DNA of 64,000 bases from Gemmatimonadota bacterium (GTDB lineage Bacteria; Gemmatimonadota; Gemmatimonadetes; Palauibacterales; Palauibacteraceae): positions 1,152,001 through 1,216,000 of the forward strand of contig OZ220691.1 of the NCBI GenBank assembly GCA_965116475.1, in the 5' to 3' direction. Made by a program: the position numbers and the translations under genes. Below, one piece after another: positions 49,234 to 59,641 of this stretch (the first letter of the stretch is position 1; every line of letters begins with the position of its first letter). The notes beneath the pieces are model-generated. The model had not been told where the DNA came from and did no database searches. It was given only the letters and a program-made list of their open reading frames with translations.

Positions 49234-51819
49234 ATGACGCCGACACTGCGCGCCCTTCGACTGTTCGGATTCCTCCTGATCGCCGGCGGCGGGTTCGTTG
49301 CGCCGCCGGTCGCGGGGCAGGACGACGTGGCCAGGTATCCGGGGCCATTCCCGGGCGGGTATCCGGCGATGAGCGGGATCGGCGGGTCGGGGAAGATGTA
49401 CATGGAGAGCTACTTCCCGCCGCCCGTCACGGCGTCGCCCACCTATCCCGCCTTCTCGCCCGATGGCGCGTCGGTCGCCTTCGCCTACCAGGGGCGGATC
49501 TGGTCGGTGCCGGCCGAAGGGGGCGTGGCGCGGCAACTCACGTCCGGCGCCGGCTACCACTCGCAACCGACGTGGTCCCCGGACGGCCGCCACATCGCCT
49601 ACGCGGCGGACATCGGCCTCAACCTCGACATCTTCCTGCTCGACCTCGAGAGCGGGGAATCCCGCCGGCTGACGGAAGATCCCGCCATCGACATGCGGCC
49701 GCGGTTCTCCCCCGACGGATCCAGGATCCTGTTCACGACCGGACGGGACGGGACGTTCGACCTGTGGGCCTACGACCTCGGGACGGAAGCGCTCGAGTCC
49801 GTCATCGCCCACCCGGGGGCGAACGACATGGCGGGCGACTGGATCGGCGACACGGGCGATATCGTCTTCGTCTCCAAGCGCGGCGAGGCGGCGCTCGGCT
49901 CGGGCTCCCTGTGGCGCTGGAGCGCGGACACCGGCGAGGCGGAACTCCTCATCCGCATCGAGACGAACTACCAGGCGTCGCCCGTCGTCGCCCCGCACGG
50001 CGGTTCCGTGGCCTACGTCACCGACGCCTCCGGGAACAACGACATCTACCAGGTCCCGACCTATCGCGCGGGGGCGGCGCAGGACCGGTCCAGCCCGGGT
50101 ATCCAGCAGGTCCGGCTCACGCACACCCGCACCGACGAGTACTTCCCCTCGTGGTCGCCCGACGGAGAGCGCCTCGTCTACGCACGAAACGGCGGCCTGC
50201 ACGGCCAGGAACGGACGATCGACGGCGGGATGGGATTCGGGCTCTACACGACGGGGCGCGGAGGCGGTGAACCGGTCCCGGTGCGCATCGAGGACTACGC
50301 GTGGTCCGAACCCACGGGCCGGGTGCAGGTCCGCATCAGCGACCCGAGCGGACGGCGGGTCCCCTCCCGCATCTACCTGGAGGCGTCGGACGGGCGGAGC
50401 TATTTCCCCGACGGGAGCTTCCCCCGCGTCCTGAGCGGCCCCGAGGACTACTACTTCCACACGGACGGGAGCTTCTCCGTCACCCTCCCGGTCGGGACGG
50501 CGGAACTGGAGGTATGGCGGGGTTTCGAGTACGAGCCCGTCGCGCAGACCGTCGACGTGCGAGCCGGCGAGTGGACGAACGTGGACGTCCGGCTCGAGCG
50601 CTGGATCGACATGGCGGCGGACGGCTGGTATTCCGGGGACAATCACATTCATCCGAACTATGGCGGCCACTATTTCGTCACCCCGCTCGACCTCGGAAAC
50701 AAGGCGCTGGCCGAAGACCTGAACGTGGCGAACGGGATGATCGCCAACTACTGGGCGAACAGTCGCGTGGAGGACCTGGAGCATTTCCTCGGCCACCCGC
50801 ATCCGCACCCGGACCCGCGCACGATCGTCTACTACAACGAGGAGTACCGGCCGAACTTCTTCGCCCACATGTCGCTGCTGAACCTCGTCGAGCTCATCAC
50901 GCCGTTCTACATCGGCTACGAGGGGACGGCGTTCCGCGAACTCTATCCCGACAACGCGGCGGTGCTCAGGCGCGTGCACGAACAGGGCGGGATCGGCGGC
51001 TACGTGCACCCGTTCGGACTCAGCCACCGGGGGCCGGACCCGGCGCCCGGCGGGGCGCGCGAACTGCCCGTCGACGCGATCCTCGGGCTGGCCGACTTCG
51101 TGGACGTCTCCTGCATCTGGAGCGATGAACTGGGGACGGCCGCGATCTGGTACCGTCTGCTCAACACCGGCTCCCGGATCCCGGCCACGGCGGGGACGGA
51201 CGCGATGACCGACATGTGGCGGCATCCGGCCGTGGGGACGACGCGCTCCTACGTCTACACGGGCGAAGAGGCGCTCGACTACGACGAGTGGGCGGACGCG
51301 ATGGCCGCGGGCCACGCCTTCGTGACGAGCGGGCCCATCCTCACGCTCGACGTGGACGGCATGGGGATGGGCGAGGAACTGGCGGTCTCACGCGGGGAGA
51401 GCGTGACGGTCGCGGTCACCGCGCGCTCGCTGTTCGAGATGGAGCGGCTCGACATCATCCGGAACGGCGAAATCATCCACACGGTCGAGGCAAGCGGCGA
51501 CGGCCGCACCCTCGAGGCCGAGATCGACGTCGGCATGGACGGGAGCGGCTGGATCGCCGCGCGGGTCCTCGGGCCGGCGCAGCACGGCGCCATGGACAGC
51601 TACCTGTTCGCCCACACGAACCCCGTGTTCGTCATCGCCGACGGAGAGCCGATCCGGTCGCGGGAGGACGCCGCCTTCTTCGTGCGCTGGATCGAGCGGA
51701 CGCTCGCGGATCTTCATTCGATGGACCGCTGGGACGACCCGGCCCACAAGGCCGAAGTCATCGCGACCTTCGAGGAGGGCCTGCGGCTGTACGAGGCCCA
51801 GGCGAACGATGGTCGCTGA
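49234..51819 (+). CDS. TolB-like (PD40) propeller fused to a CehA/McbA-family metallohydrolase
   Basis: Signal peptide; P.(F/W)SPDG repeats; GWYSGDNHIH, EEYR, GYVHP, WYRLLN, AGTD, AHTNPV motifs. Confidence 0.8.
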   Translation: MTPTLRALRLFGFLLIAGGGFVAPPVAGQDDVARYPGPFPGGYPAMSGIGGSGKMYMESYFPPPVTASPTYPAFSPDGASVAFAYQGRIWSVPAEGGVARQLTSGAGYHSQPTWSPDGRHIAYAADIGLNLDIFLLDLESGESRRLTEDPAIDMRPRFSPDGSRILFTTGRDGTFDLWAYDLGTEALESVIAHPGANDMAGDWIGDTGDIVFVSKRGEAALGSGSLWRWSADTGEAELLIRIETNYQASPVVAPHGGSVAYVTDASGNNDIYQVPTYRAGAAQDRSSPGIQQVRLTHTRTDEYFPSWSPDGERLVYARNGGLHGQERTIDGGMGFGLYTTGRGGGEPVPVRIEDYAWSEPTGRVQVRISDPSGRRVPSRIYLEASDGRSYFPDGSFPRVLSGPEDYYFHTDGSFSVTLPVGTAELEVWRGFEYEPVAQTVDVRAGEWTNVDVRLERWIDMAADGWYSGDNHIHPNYGGHYFVTPLDLGNKALAEDLNVANGMIANYWANSRVEDLEHFLGHPHPHPDPRTIVYYNEEYRPNFFAHMSLLNLVELITPFYIGYEGTAFRELYPDNAAVLRRVHEQGGIGGYVHPFGLSHRGPDPAPGGARELPVDAILGLADFVDVSCIWSDELGTAAIWYRLLNTGSRIPATAGTDAMTDMWRHPAVGTTRSYVYTGEEALDYDEWADAMAAGHAFVTSGPILTLDVDGMGMGEELAVSRGESVTVAVTARSLFEMERLDIIRNGEIIHTVEASGDGRTLEAEIDVGMDGSGWIAARVLGPAQHGAMDSYLFAHTNPVFVIADGEPIRSREDAAFFVRWIERTLADLHSMDRWDDPAHKAEVIATFEEGLRLYEAQANDGR

Positions 51820-52468
51820 GAGCGGCGATCAGGGACGAACCGAGGACTCGGCGCCGGCCGCAGCCGAGGCATCCCCCAACTTCTTCGTCAACGCCGAAGT
51901 GCCGCTCGACGCCCTGCCCGACGCGGAGACGGTCGACTGGATCCCGCTTCACCCCCGTTTCGCGAGGCGTCTCCAGGTCGGGGCAATCATCCGATCCATC
52001 GTCTACGTCGCGGCGGCCGCGGGGTTCCAGGTGGCGGTGTCGCCGCGCAACCGAGCCGCCATCTCGGAGTCCCTGCCGTGGCTGCCGGCCCTCCTGTGGA
52101 CGGCCCTGGGGGCCTTCTGCGTGTGCTCCATCGCCTGGCCGCTCATCGCCGTCCCGCGCCGGGGTTACGTCGTCCGCGAGAAGGATCTCCTGTACAAGTC
52201 CGGCGTCCTGTGGCGCTCGGTGAAGGCGTTCCCCTTCAACCGCGTGCAGCACACCAAGCTCCACAGCACGCCGCTGGACCGCCGGTTCGGGCTGGCCAGC
52301 CTGGCGGTCTTTCCGGCGGGGGGCGGCCTCGGCAACCACGTCCGCGGACTGGGACGGGAGACCGCCGAGCGGCTGCGCGTGTACATCTCGGAACGAATAG
52401 AATCGGCGGCGGCGCCCTCCACGGAGCCCGGCGAGCACTCGGAAGCCATGGCGAACGCCAGCCGGTGA
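51809..52468 (+). CDS. Bacterial PH-domain membrane protein (YdbS-like)
   Basis: 2 TM; G.LWRS...PFNRVQH...PLDRRFGLASL motif. Confidence 0.82.
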   Translation: MVAESGDQGRTEDSAPAAAEASPNFFVNAEVPLDALPDAETVDWIPLHPRFARRLQVGAIIRSIVYVAAAAGFQVAVSPRNRAAISESLPWLPALLWTALGAFCVCSIAWPLIAVPRRGYVVREKDLLYKSGVLWRSVKAFPFNRVQHTKLHSTPLDRRFGLASLAVFPAGGGLGNHVRGLGRETAERLRVYISERIESAAAPSTEPGEHSEAMANASR

Positions 52469-54093
52469 GTCCGCCGAACGCCGGCGACTGGCAACGCTCC
52501 TCGCCCTTCGCCCTTCTCTACTTCGCCGGGAACATCGTCAGGATCCTGGCGCGGGCGATGATGGGCGCCCTGATCCCGCTGATCGCCATCGTACCCCTGG
52601 TGCGGGACGATCCCGGCGCCCTCCGCATCCTGCTCCTCGTGCTCGGCGCGGTGCTCCTGCTGCCATTCGTCGCGGGCGCGGTTCAGTGGGCGTGCTTCAG
52701 GTTCAGGATCGCCGGCGACCGACTCCTCATCCGTAAGGGCGTCTTCAAGAAGGCCGCGCTGGATCTCCCCTACGAGCGGGTACAGGGCATCAACGTTCGG
52801 CGGTCCCCGGTCGACCGCCTGTTCGGGCTGGTCACGGTCACCCTCGATACGTCGGGCTCGGTCCAGGCCGAGGGCAAGCTGCCGTCGATCAATACGGAGG
52901 TGGCCGACCGGCTGCAGCGCAGCGTGACGGCGCTTCGACCCGTGCTCGGGGGTTCCGCCGCGCATGACGGGGACTCGGGGGCGACAGGCGCGATCCGGTC
53001 GGCAGCGGAAGCGGAAGCGCGGTCCGCCATTGGACCGGACCGCGTGCTGCTGCAACTCGGCCCGGCCGACATGGTGCGCATCGGGCTCGCCAGCCGGAAC
53101 TTCATCTTCGTGGCGGCGCTGGTCGGCGTGCTGACCGACCTGCTTCAGCCGGGCGATTCTCTGGATCCCGTTCTGGAGGTGCTCGCGGCCGGCGTCGACA
53201 GTGCCGCGAGCGCGTTCACCGGTCTCGGGGCGCTCGCCCAGGTGGGGCTCGCGGCCGCCCTGATCGCCTCCATCGCGGCGGTGGCGCTCCTCCTCACGGT
53301 CACCGCCGCCTTCCTGCGACACCACAACTTCACGCTCCGCCACGACGGCGGCCGGTTCCGTTCGCGCGCGGGCCTGCTCACGCAACGCGAGGTCGTGGTC
53401 GGGGCGCCGAAGATCCAGCAGCTGACCGTGAACCAGGGCCTCGTGCTGCGGTGGTTGCGGCGTTACCGGCTCTACGCCCTACCCGCCGCGGCCGCCTCCC
53501 CGGAAGCGGGCCGCGCCTCCGCGCTTGACGTGCCCGACGTGCTCGACGTGCCGCTCCTGGGCGCCCGGCTCGTCGACGACCTGCGGGCGGGCGTGTTCGC
53601 GCCGGAAGCGACGGCGATTCCCGTCCTTCCCGGGAGTACCGGATTCAAGCGGGTATCGCCCCACTACATTCGCGCGCTCGCCCTGCGCTACGCGCTCGTC
53701 CTGGCCGCCGTCTTCGGAACGCTCCTGCTACTGGCGTGGGCCGGAGTGTTTGGCCGCACCTCCACGATCCTCTCCTGGTGGGCCGCGTCCATCCCTGCCG
53801 CGGCGCTCGCCGCCTGGCAGCGGTGGCGCCGGCAGGGATTCGCGTACGACCGCGACGGGCTGGCGAGCCGCAGCGGGTTCCTGGGCAGCGAGGTCAAGGC
53901 ATTCCTCCTGCGGAAGGTTCAGGCCGCGACCGTGAGGGAGTCGCCGCTGCAGCGCCGGAAGGGACTCGCCACGCTGCGGGTACAACTGGCATGCGGGAGA
54001 ATCACGGTCCCGTACATCGACCGCCACGCGGCGTGCGCGCTGCGCGACTACATCCTGTACCGCGTGGAAACCTCACGCCGACGCTGGCACTGA
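52465..54093 (+). CDS. Multi-PH-domain membrane protein (YdbT-like)
   Basis: Three bPH_2-like repeats (ERVQGIN, PKIQQL, RKVQA...PLQRRKGLATL); GTGA overlap with the ydbS-like gene. Confidence 0.8.
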   Translation: MSPPNAGDWQRSSPFALLYFAGNIVRILARAMMGALIPLIAIVPLVRDDPGALRILLLVLGAVLLLPFVAGAVQWACFRFRIAGDRLLIRKGVFKKAALDLPYERVQGINVRRSPVDRLFGLVTVTLDTSGSVQAEGKLPSINTEVADRLQRSVTALRPVLGGSAAHDGDSGATGAIRSAAEAEARSAIGPDRVLLQLGPADMVRIGLASRNFIFVAALVGVLTDLLQPGDSLDPVLEVLAAGVDSAASAFTGLGALAQVGLAAALIASIAAVALLLTVTAAFLRHHNFTLRHDGGRFRSRAGLLTQREVVVGAPKIQQLTVNQGLVLRWLRRYRLYALPAAAASPEAGRASALDVPDVLDVPLLGARLVDDLRAGVFAPEATAIPVLPGSTGFKRVSPHYIRALALRYALVLAAVFGTLLLLAWAGVFGRTSTILSWWAASIPAAALAAWQRWRRQGFAYDRDGLASRSGFLGSEVKAFLLRKVQAATVRESPLQRRKGLATLRVQLACGRITVPYIDRHAACALRDYILYRVETSRRRWH

Positions 54094-54107
54094 ACCGAGG
54101 CGTTGGT

Positions 54108-54968
54108 TCAGGGACTCCCTTCGCGGTAGCTCCGCAGGCGGGCGAGGTTCCGGATGTCGGCGGCCGCGCCGTCCTCTCCCTTCGGCGTCTCCAGGATCTT
54201 GGGGACGTGACGCAGGCGGGCGTCCCGCATCAACCGCCGGAAGGGGCCCTCGCCGAGGCTGCCCGCTCCGATCTCCTCATGGCGGTCCTTTCGCGAGTCG
54301 AAGGGGTGCTGCGAGTCGTTCATGTGGATGAGACCCAGGCGTTCGAGGCCCAGCACGCGATCGAACGCCTCCCAGACGCCATCGTAGTCGCCGACGAGAT
54401 CGTAACCGGCCGAGTAGGCGTGGCACGTGTCGAAACAGATGCCCACGCGCCCCCGCCGGGACGCCGGGATCCGGTCGAGGATCGCACGGAGGTTCTCGAA
54501 GCCCGCCCCGACGGTCGTCCCGGCGCCGGCCGTGAGTTCGAGGAGGACGCGCGTCGGGCCCTCCACGGCCTCCAGCGATTCGGTCACGCCGCGGGCGTTG
54601 CGCGCGAGCCCCTCCTCGATGTCCCCGTCCGTCGCGTTCCCGGGATGGGTCACGAGGAAATCGAGGCCGAGGCGCGCGCAGCGCCGGAGTTCACTCTCGA
54701 AGCTGCGCTGCGACATCCGCCACAGCCGCCGGTCGGGGGAAGAGAGGTTGATGAGATAGGAGTCGTGGGCGCCGGCGACCGCGATCCCGTGCTCGGCGCG
54801 CGCTGCCTCGAACGCCGCCGCCGTCTCGTCATCGACCCGGGGCTCGGCCCACCGGTTGGGCTGCTTCGTGAAGAGCTGGAGGTTGGCCGCCCCGATCTCC
54901 GCCGCCCGCCGCGGCGCGGTCTGCACGCCGCCCGCCACGGAGACGTGGGCGCCGAGTTCGTCGGTCAC
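54108..54968 (-). CDS. nfo: Endonuclease IV (AP endonuclease)
   Basis: LGAHVSVAGG, HDSYLINL, HPG, ELTAG, DTCH, HMNDS, DRH, ILETP motifs. Confidence 0.93.
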   Translation of the reverse strand: MTDELGAHVSVAGGVQTAPRRAAEIGAANLQLFTKQPNRWAEPRVDDETAAAFEAARAEHGIAVAGAHDSYLINLSSPDRRLWRMSQRSFESELRRCARLGLDFLVTHPGNATDGDIEEGLARNARGVTESLEAVEGPTRVLLELTAGAGTTVGAGFENLRAILDRIPASRRGRVGICFDTCHAYSAGYDLVGDYDGVWEAFDRVLGLERLGLIHMNDSQHPFDSRKDRHEEIGAGSLGEGPFRRLMRDARLRHVPKILETPKGEDGAAADIRNLARLRSYREGSP

Positions 54969-55681
54969 GCCTTGCGCGGCGGTTGCGAGGGACGGAGTTC
55001 GACGCGGCTCACGTGGGCTTCCTTCGGATAGGAGAGCAGCTGCATGACCGCCGCCGCGCAGTCGTCCACGTGCAGGCGCCAGGTCCGCTCCGGCACCTGC
55101 TCCCGGCCGTTGAAGTACGTGTCCACGCTCCCCGGCATCACGATGCTCACCCGCACGTCGTCGTAACGCACGTCGAGCAGCATCGCCTCGGTGAGCCCGA
55201 GCAGGCCGTACTTGCTCGCGTTGTACCCGGTGCCGCCGTGGAAGGGATGGCGGCTGGCGAGCGAAGCGATGTTCACGATGAAGCCGTCGCCGCTCGCGCT
55301 CAGGTGCGGGAGCGCGGCCCGGGAGCAGTAGAAGACGCCGCCGAGGTTCACGTCGATCTGGAGCCGCCACTCCTCGACGCTCATCTCCCGCAGCGGTTTG
55401 AAGATCCCGAGTCCGGCGTTGTTCACGAGGATGTCGAGCCGGCCGAAGCGGGCCACGGTCGCCTCGACCATGCGCTCGCAGGCGCCCGCGTCCGCCACGT
55501 CGCACACGATGCCCAGCGCGCGCTCCCCCAGTTCGGCCTCGGCCGCCCGCACCTCCGCCCCGGTCCTCGCGCAGATGGCGACGGAGGCTCCCGCCGCGAG
55601 CAGGCGCTCCGCAATCGCGCGCCCGATCCCCTTCGTCCCGCCCGTCACGAGCGCGACCCTGCCCGTCATGTCCGGTCCCAT
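54965..55681 (-). CDS. Short-chain dehydrogenase/reductase
   Basis: TGGTKGIG, NNAG, YNASK motifs. Confidence 0.92.
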   Translation of the reverse strand: MGPDMTGRVALVTGGTKGIGRAIAERLLAAGASVAICARTGAEVRAAEAELGERALGIVCDVADAGACERMVEATVARFGRLDILVNNAGLGIFKPLREMSVEEWRLQIDVNLGGVFYCSRAALPHLSASGDGFIVNIASLASRHPFHGGTGYNASKYGLLGLTEAMLLDVRYDDVRVSIVMPGSVDTYFNGREQVPERTWRLHVDDCAAAVMQLLSYPKEAHVSRVELRPSQPPRKA

Positions 55682-55743
55682 TCCACTCCTCCCACTCCTA
55701 CCACTCTCTCACTCCTCTCACGGCTGCGGCGCCTCCCTTCTCC

Positions 55744-58389
55744 TCAGATCGGGAGCCAGTAGGCGACCTTGAGCAGGAAGACGTGTTGCCCTCGCGCGCG
55801 CAGGCTGTCGACGAGGCGGCCGGGGTCCACGAGTTTGCCCGAAGTCCGCATGTCGGAGCGGTCCTGCTGCCACACGAGGAAGAGCGTGCTGCCCGGCTGC
55901 CACTCCCAGCGCAGGACGACGTTGCTCCTGAGAGAGAGGATGTTGAAGTCTCCGTCGGGGAGGGTAAACGACCGGCCGCCCTGGGACACGTCCCACGACC
56001 CGTCCACCCGGCGATTGATCCTCGATCCCGTTGCGCCGTACAGGAGGAGGTGTCGCTGGCCGGGTTCGAGGAGCTCGCCCAGTCCGTGGCGGCGCCCGCT
56101 CGCCGCGAACGGCTCGAAGTAGGCCTCGAGCGTGAGGTCCGGGCCGAAGGCGTAGGCGCCGCGGAGGCGGAGCGCGAGGGTGCTGCGGTCGATGGCGGAG
56201 AAGATGTAGCGCCGGTCGAAGGTGGCCCGCCGCCCGCCGGCCAGCGTCGTGAGGTACTGGCGCGATTCGGTTTCGCGCCGGTAGCTGGGCTGGATCTCCA
56301 GTTGCAGGGCGGACCCGGGGCGGAGCGTGAGGGCGCCGCCCACGTCGTACGCCCACCCGCCGATCTCATCCCGCCCGTAGGACCCCCTGAGCCGGAAGCC
56401 GGTCCGGAAGGAGCGGTCGGTGGCGAGCGCGAGGCCGGCCTGCCAGGCCGCGAGCGTCTCCATGAGGGGGCCGCCGCGCGTGAGGTGGTCGCTGAGCGCG
56501 CGCGGGTGGTATCCGCCTTCGAGCGTCGTGCGCAGGTAGTTGTGCCAGGTGGCGGTGGCGCGGGCCCCGAGCGCCGTCTCGGTGCGCACGCCGTCGAAGT
56601 TCCACGAACTCGCGGAGGTGAGGCCGACCTGCCAGGCGCGGGCGAACGCGGTCGGGATCGTCTCGCGGATCGCGATGTCGGCTTCGGCCGTGAGCCGGTC
56701 CGCGTTGAACATCTGGCCCACGTCGTTGATTTCGAAACCCGGCGAGACGGCTTCGCCTCGCACGCGCCACAGCCAGCGCCGACCCCCCACCTTCTGCATC
56801 CCGAGGGCCGCCGTATATCCGGAGAGCGCGGAACGCGACGGGTCCAGCAGCGCGGTCTCGCGGTCGGGACGCTGGAAGAAACGCGCGCTCGAGCGCTGCA
56901 CGCGCAGGATCGCTTCGGAGTTGCCGCTGAGGTGCGAGAACCCCGCGTGTCCCGTGAGTTCGTACTCGCCCCCAGCGAAGCGCAGGTTCCAGTCCGTGCC
57001 GCCGGCGTAGGCGCGCCACGGGAGGAGCGCGGCGAGTTCGGGACGGCCCTCGCGGCTGAGCGTGGTCCCGGTGAAACCGAGCGTGGAACCCTCCTCCCCG
57101 AACTCCTGCTCCAGTCTCGCCACGGCGAAGGCGCTCAGGGGGGCGATCGGGACGGCGCTCTCGACCGTATCCGTCGCCGCCGGGCGCTGCGTGAAATGGA
57201 ACGCCCGGGCATCCTCACGGCCGGTCACGGCGAACAGCGCACCCACCGAGGTCCCGCCCGAGAGTCGGCCCGTAACCTTCCCCGCCCCGAGAATCGTCGT
57301 CTGGTCGGGCGCGACCACGCTGTCGGCCACGGCCCTCCCCGCGGGCGGGGCCCCGATACGGCGCGAGTAGAAGTAGCGCGGACCCAGCCCCTCCATGAGT
57401 TGGCGGCCCTCGGTGAAGAAGGGTCGGCGCTCCTCGAAGACTTCCTCGAACGCGGTCAGGTTCACGACGGCGGGGTCCGCCTCGACCTGTCCGAAGTCCG
57501 GGTTCACGGTGGCGTCGAGTGTCAGGCTCGAACCGAGACCGACCTTGAAGTCCGCCCCCACCCGGGACTCGCTCCGCGTCACCACGCCCGCCATCGGACC
57601 GCCCGTCGGCGTGCGCAGATCGCCCGCCACGTAGGGGAGGAACTCGATCCCGCGGCTCCCCCGCACGCCCTCGAGTCCGGTCAGGTCGCCGAGGCGCGAG
57701 GCCCACCCCGGCTCGCTCCGCACCACGAGTTCCCACAGGAGGTTCTCCTGGATGTCGGGCATGTAGCGGTTGATGTTCACGCCCCATGCCGATTCGTCGC
57801 CGTTGAAGCGCAGTTGCGAGAACGGCATGCGCATCTCGGCCGTCCAGCCGAGCGAGTCGCGCTGCACGCGCGCCGACCACACGGGATCCCACGTGTAGTC
57901 GCGGTTCGTCACGTTGTCCTCCGGGTGGTACCAGTCCGTACGGCTCCCCGCCGCGTTCACCCCGAAGGAGACCGCCGTGCGCCGGTTCAGGTAGGGATCG
58001 AGCGAGACCAGCAGGCGCTCCGAACCGGTGTTCTGGTCGCGGCGCGTGCGATAGGCCTGGATGCCGTCGGGATCGTCCGTGAACATGCGCCCGGCGATCC
58101 ACAGCGCGTCGTCGTCGAACGCGAACGCGACCTCGGTGCGCCGCGTGCCCGGCTCGCCTTCGTCGGGCTCGCGCTGCCAGAACGTCGTCGCGAATTCCGC
58201 CCGCGCCCAGACCGCGTCGTCGAGACGGCCATCCAGTTCGAGCGTCCCTTCCGTGTCGCGCGTGGCCCTGAGCTGCTGCCGGTCCGCCGGGCCCAGGCCC
58301 TGCGCGCTGAGCGCGGCGGCCGCGGGGAACAGGATCAGGATGACGGCGGCGACAGCCGGCGGGATCCGGCGCGGACCGTCAGCGCTCAA
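55744..58389 (-). CDS. CBM9-like + DUF5916 outer-membrane/exported protein
   Basis: LDGRLDD..W, WTAEMRMPFSQLRF, DATVNPDFGQVEAD, ERRPFFTEG, NVVLRWEWQPGS..FLVW, K..YW motifs. Confidence 0.85.
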   Translation of the reverse strand: MSADGPRRIPPAVAAVILILFPAAAALSAQGLGPADRQQLRATRDTEGTLELDGRLDDAVWARAEFATTFWQREPDEGEPGTRRTEVAFAFDDDALWIAGRMFTDDPDGIQAYRTRRDQNTGSERLLVSLDPYLNRRTAVSFGVNAAGSRTDWYHPEDNVTNRDYTWDPVWSARVQRDSLGWTAEMRMPFSQLRFNGDESAWGVNINRYMPDIQENLLWELVVRSEPGWASRLGDLTGLEGVRGSRGIEFLPYVAGDLRTPTGGPMAGVVTRSESRVGADFKVGLGSSLTLDATVNPDFGQVEADPAVVNLTAFEEVFEERRPFFTEGRQLMEGLGPRYFYSRRIGAPPAGRAVADSVVAPDQTTILGAGKVTGRLSGGTSVGALFAVTGREDARAFHFTQRPAATDTVESAVPIAPLSAFAVARLEQEFGEEGSTLGFTGTTLSREGRPELAALLPWRAYAGGTDWNLRFAGGEYELTGHAGFSHLSGNSEAILRVQRSSARFFQRPDRETALLDPSRSALSGYTAALGMQKVGGRRWLWRVRGEAVSPGFEINDVGQMFNADRLTAEADIAIRETIPTAFARAWQVGLTSASSWNFDGVRTETALGARATATWHNYLRTTLEGGYHPRALSDHLTRGGPLMETLAAWQAGLALATDRSFRTGFRLRGSYGRDEIGGWAYDVGGALTLRPGSALQLEIQPSYRRETESRQYLTTLAGGRRATFDRRYIFSAIDRSTLALRLRGAYAFGPDLTLEAYFEPFAASGRRHGLGELLEPGQRHLLLYGATGSRINRRVDGSWDVSQGGRSFTLPDGDFNILSLRSNVVLRWEWQPGSTLFLVWQQDRSDMRTSGKLVDPGRLVDSLRARGQHVFLLKVAYWLPI

Positions 58390-59551
58390 GGAAGATGTCC
58401 TTCGGGATGAAACCCGTCACGACCTGGGTCAGATCGACGACTTCGCTCACCCGGGAATCGACGGCGATGCTGGCAAGAGAAAGCGCTTTGTCGGGCGCCA
58501 GCCCCTTCTCCTCCACAAGGAACTCCACCACGAGCCGGGTCGCCTCGCGGGCGGCGCGGTCGAGGTCGAGGTCGATGCCCATGATCAGGTAGTGGGTCGG
58601 GGTCTCGGCGCGCGGCGCGGGGATCGTCACGCCCTGGTGCACCACGAACTGGAACACGCCGGTGAGCGACTGCTCGATCGCGGTGCCGCTCACCTCTCCG
58701 TCGCCCTGCGCGCCGTGCGGATCGCCCGCGTAGAAGAGCGCCCCAGGATGGAAGACGGGGAGGTACACCGTCGTCCCCGCCGTGAGGTCCTTCACGTCGA
58801 GGTTGCCGCCAAAGGCGCCCGGCGGGCGGGATCCCTGGACCCCGGGCACCGTCACGCCCGGCTCGCCTACGACCGGATCGGGTGCGACGGCCATGATCCC
58901 CATGAACGGCGCCAGCGGCACCTGGATGTCGGGCGAGAAGAAGGCCACTTCCCGCCCGTCCGCGTCACCCGTCCGGATCAGGTGCCGGCCGGCCGGGATG
59001 TCGAGCGGTTCGTCCCCCTCCCGGGCGCCCGGATAGCTCGGGGAGAAGACCCCGCCGCGGCCGCTTGTGGAGTTCACGCCCCACGGCACCCGTGTCTCGA
59101 TGTCGAGGATCCGGATCTCGAGCATGTCGCCGGGCTCGGCGCCCTCGACGAGGATCGGGCCGGTGATCACGTGCCCGCTTCGCCCCTCGCGGGGACGGCC
59201 TTCGCGCGAGGCCCAGAAGTCGATGACGTCGTCGAGGACCTCCTCCCGCGGCACTCCGAGTCCCGTCAGAAACTCGACCGGGTGCTCGTCCTGCGTGGCC
59301 CCCACGTGGGTCAGCGTCTCGATCCGCACCGTCTCCCCGGACGCGATCCGCAGCACCGGCTCCTTGTCGATCGGGAACCAGCCCCAGTTGAGCGCCTCGG
59401 GCCGGGAGGGCAGGACGTGGTCGGCCTCGATCTCCCCTGCTTCGGCGACACTCGCTTCAGCGACACTCGCGTCGTCGTTCGCGGGCGGCGCGCACGCCAG
59501 CGTGAGGGCGCACCCCATGACCACCGGACCCGGCCTCATTTGACGCGACAT
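58379..59551 (-). CDS. Acetamidase/formamidase family lipoprotein
   Basis: H..TGPI.V.GAEPGD, PFMG, GGNLD, GDPHGAQGDGEVSGTAIE motifs; lipobox TLAC. Confidence 0.9.
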   Translation of the reverse strand: MSRQMRPGPVVMGCALTLACAPPANDDASVAEASVAEAGEIEADHVLPSRPEALNWGWFPIDKEPVLRIASGETVRIETLTHVGATQDEHPVEFLTGLGVPREEVLDDVIDFWASREGRPREGRSGHVITGPILVEGAEPGDMLEIRILDIETRVPWGVNSTSGRGGVFSPSYPGAREGDEPLDIPAGRHLIRTGDADGREVAFFSPDIQVPLAPFMGIMAVAPDPVVGEPGVTVPGVQGSRPPGAFGGNLDVKDLTAGTTVYLPVFHPGALFYAGDPHGAQGDGEVSGTAIEQSLTGVFQFVVHQGVTIPAPRAETPTHYLIMGIDLDLDRAAREATRLVVEFLVEEKGLAPDKALSLASIAVDSRVSEVVDLTQVVTGFIPKDIFLER

Positions 59552-59641
59552 GGAACGCTCTCCCACGCTGAGGGTGAGCGCTTACAGTGGATCTTCCCGT
59601 TCCGGGAGGCAACGATCCCGGACAGAACGCAGAGGGCAGCC

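Noticed and set aside
47416..51315. 1299-aa minus-strand ORF
   Set aside because: Antisense or alternative-frame shadow of two well-supported hydrolase genes.
58061..59641. Long N-terminal extension of the NHL/PAL-like ORF
   Set aside because: It overlaps the acetamidase gene on the opposite strand; the real start is ATG 59642 with a lipoprotein signal.
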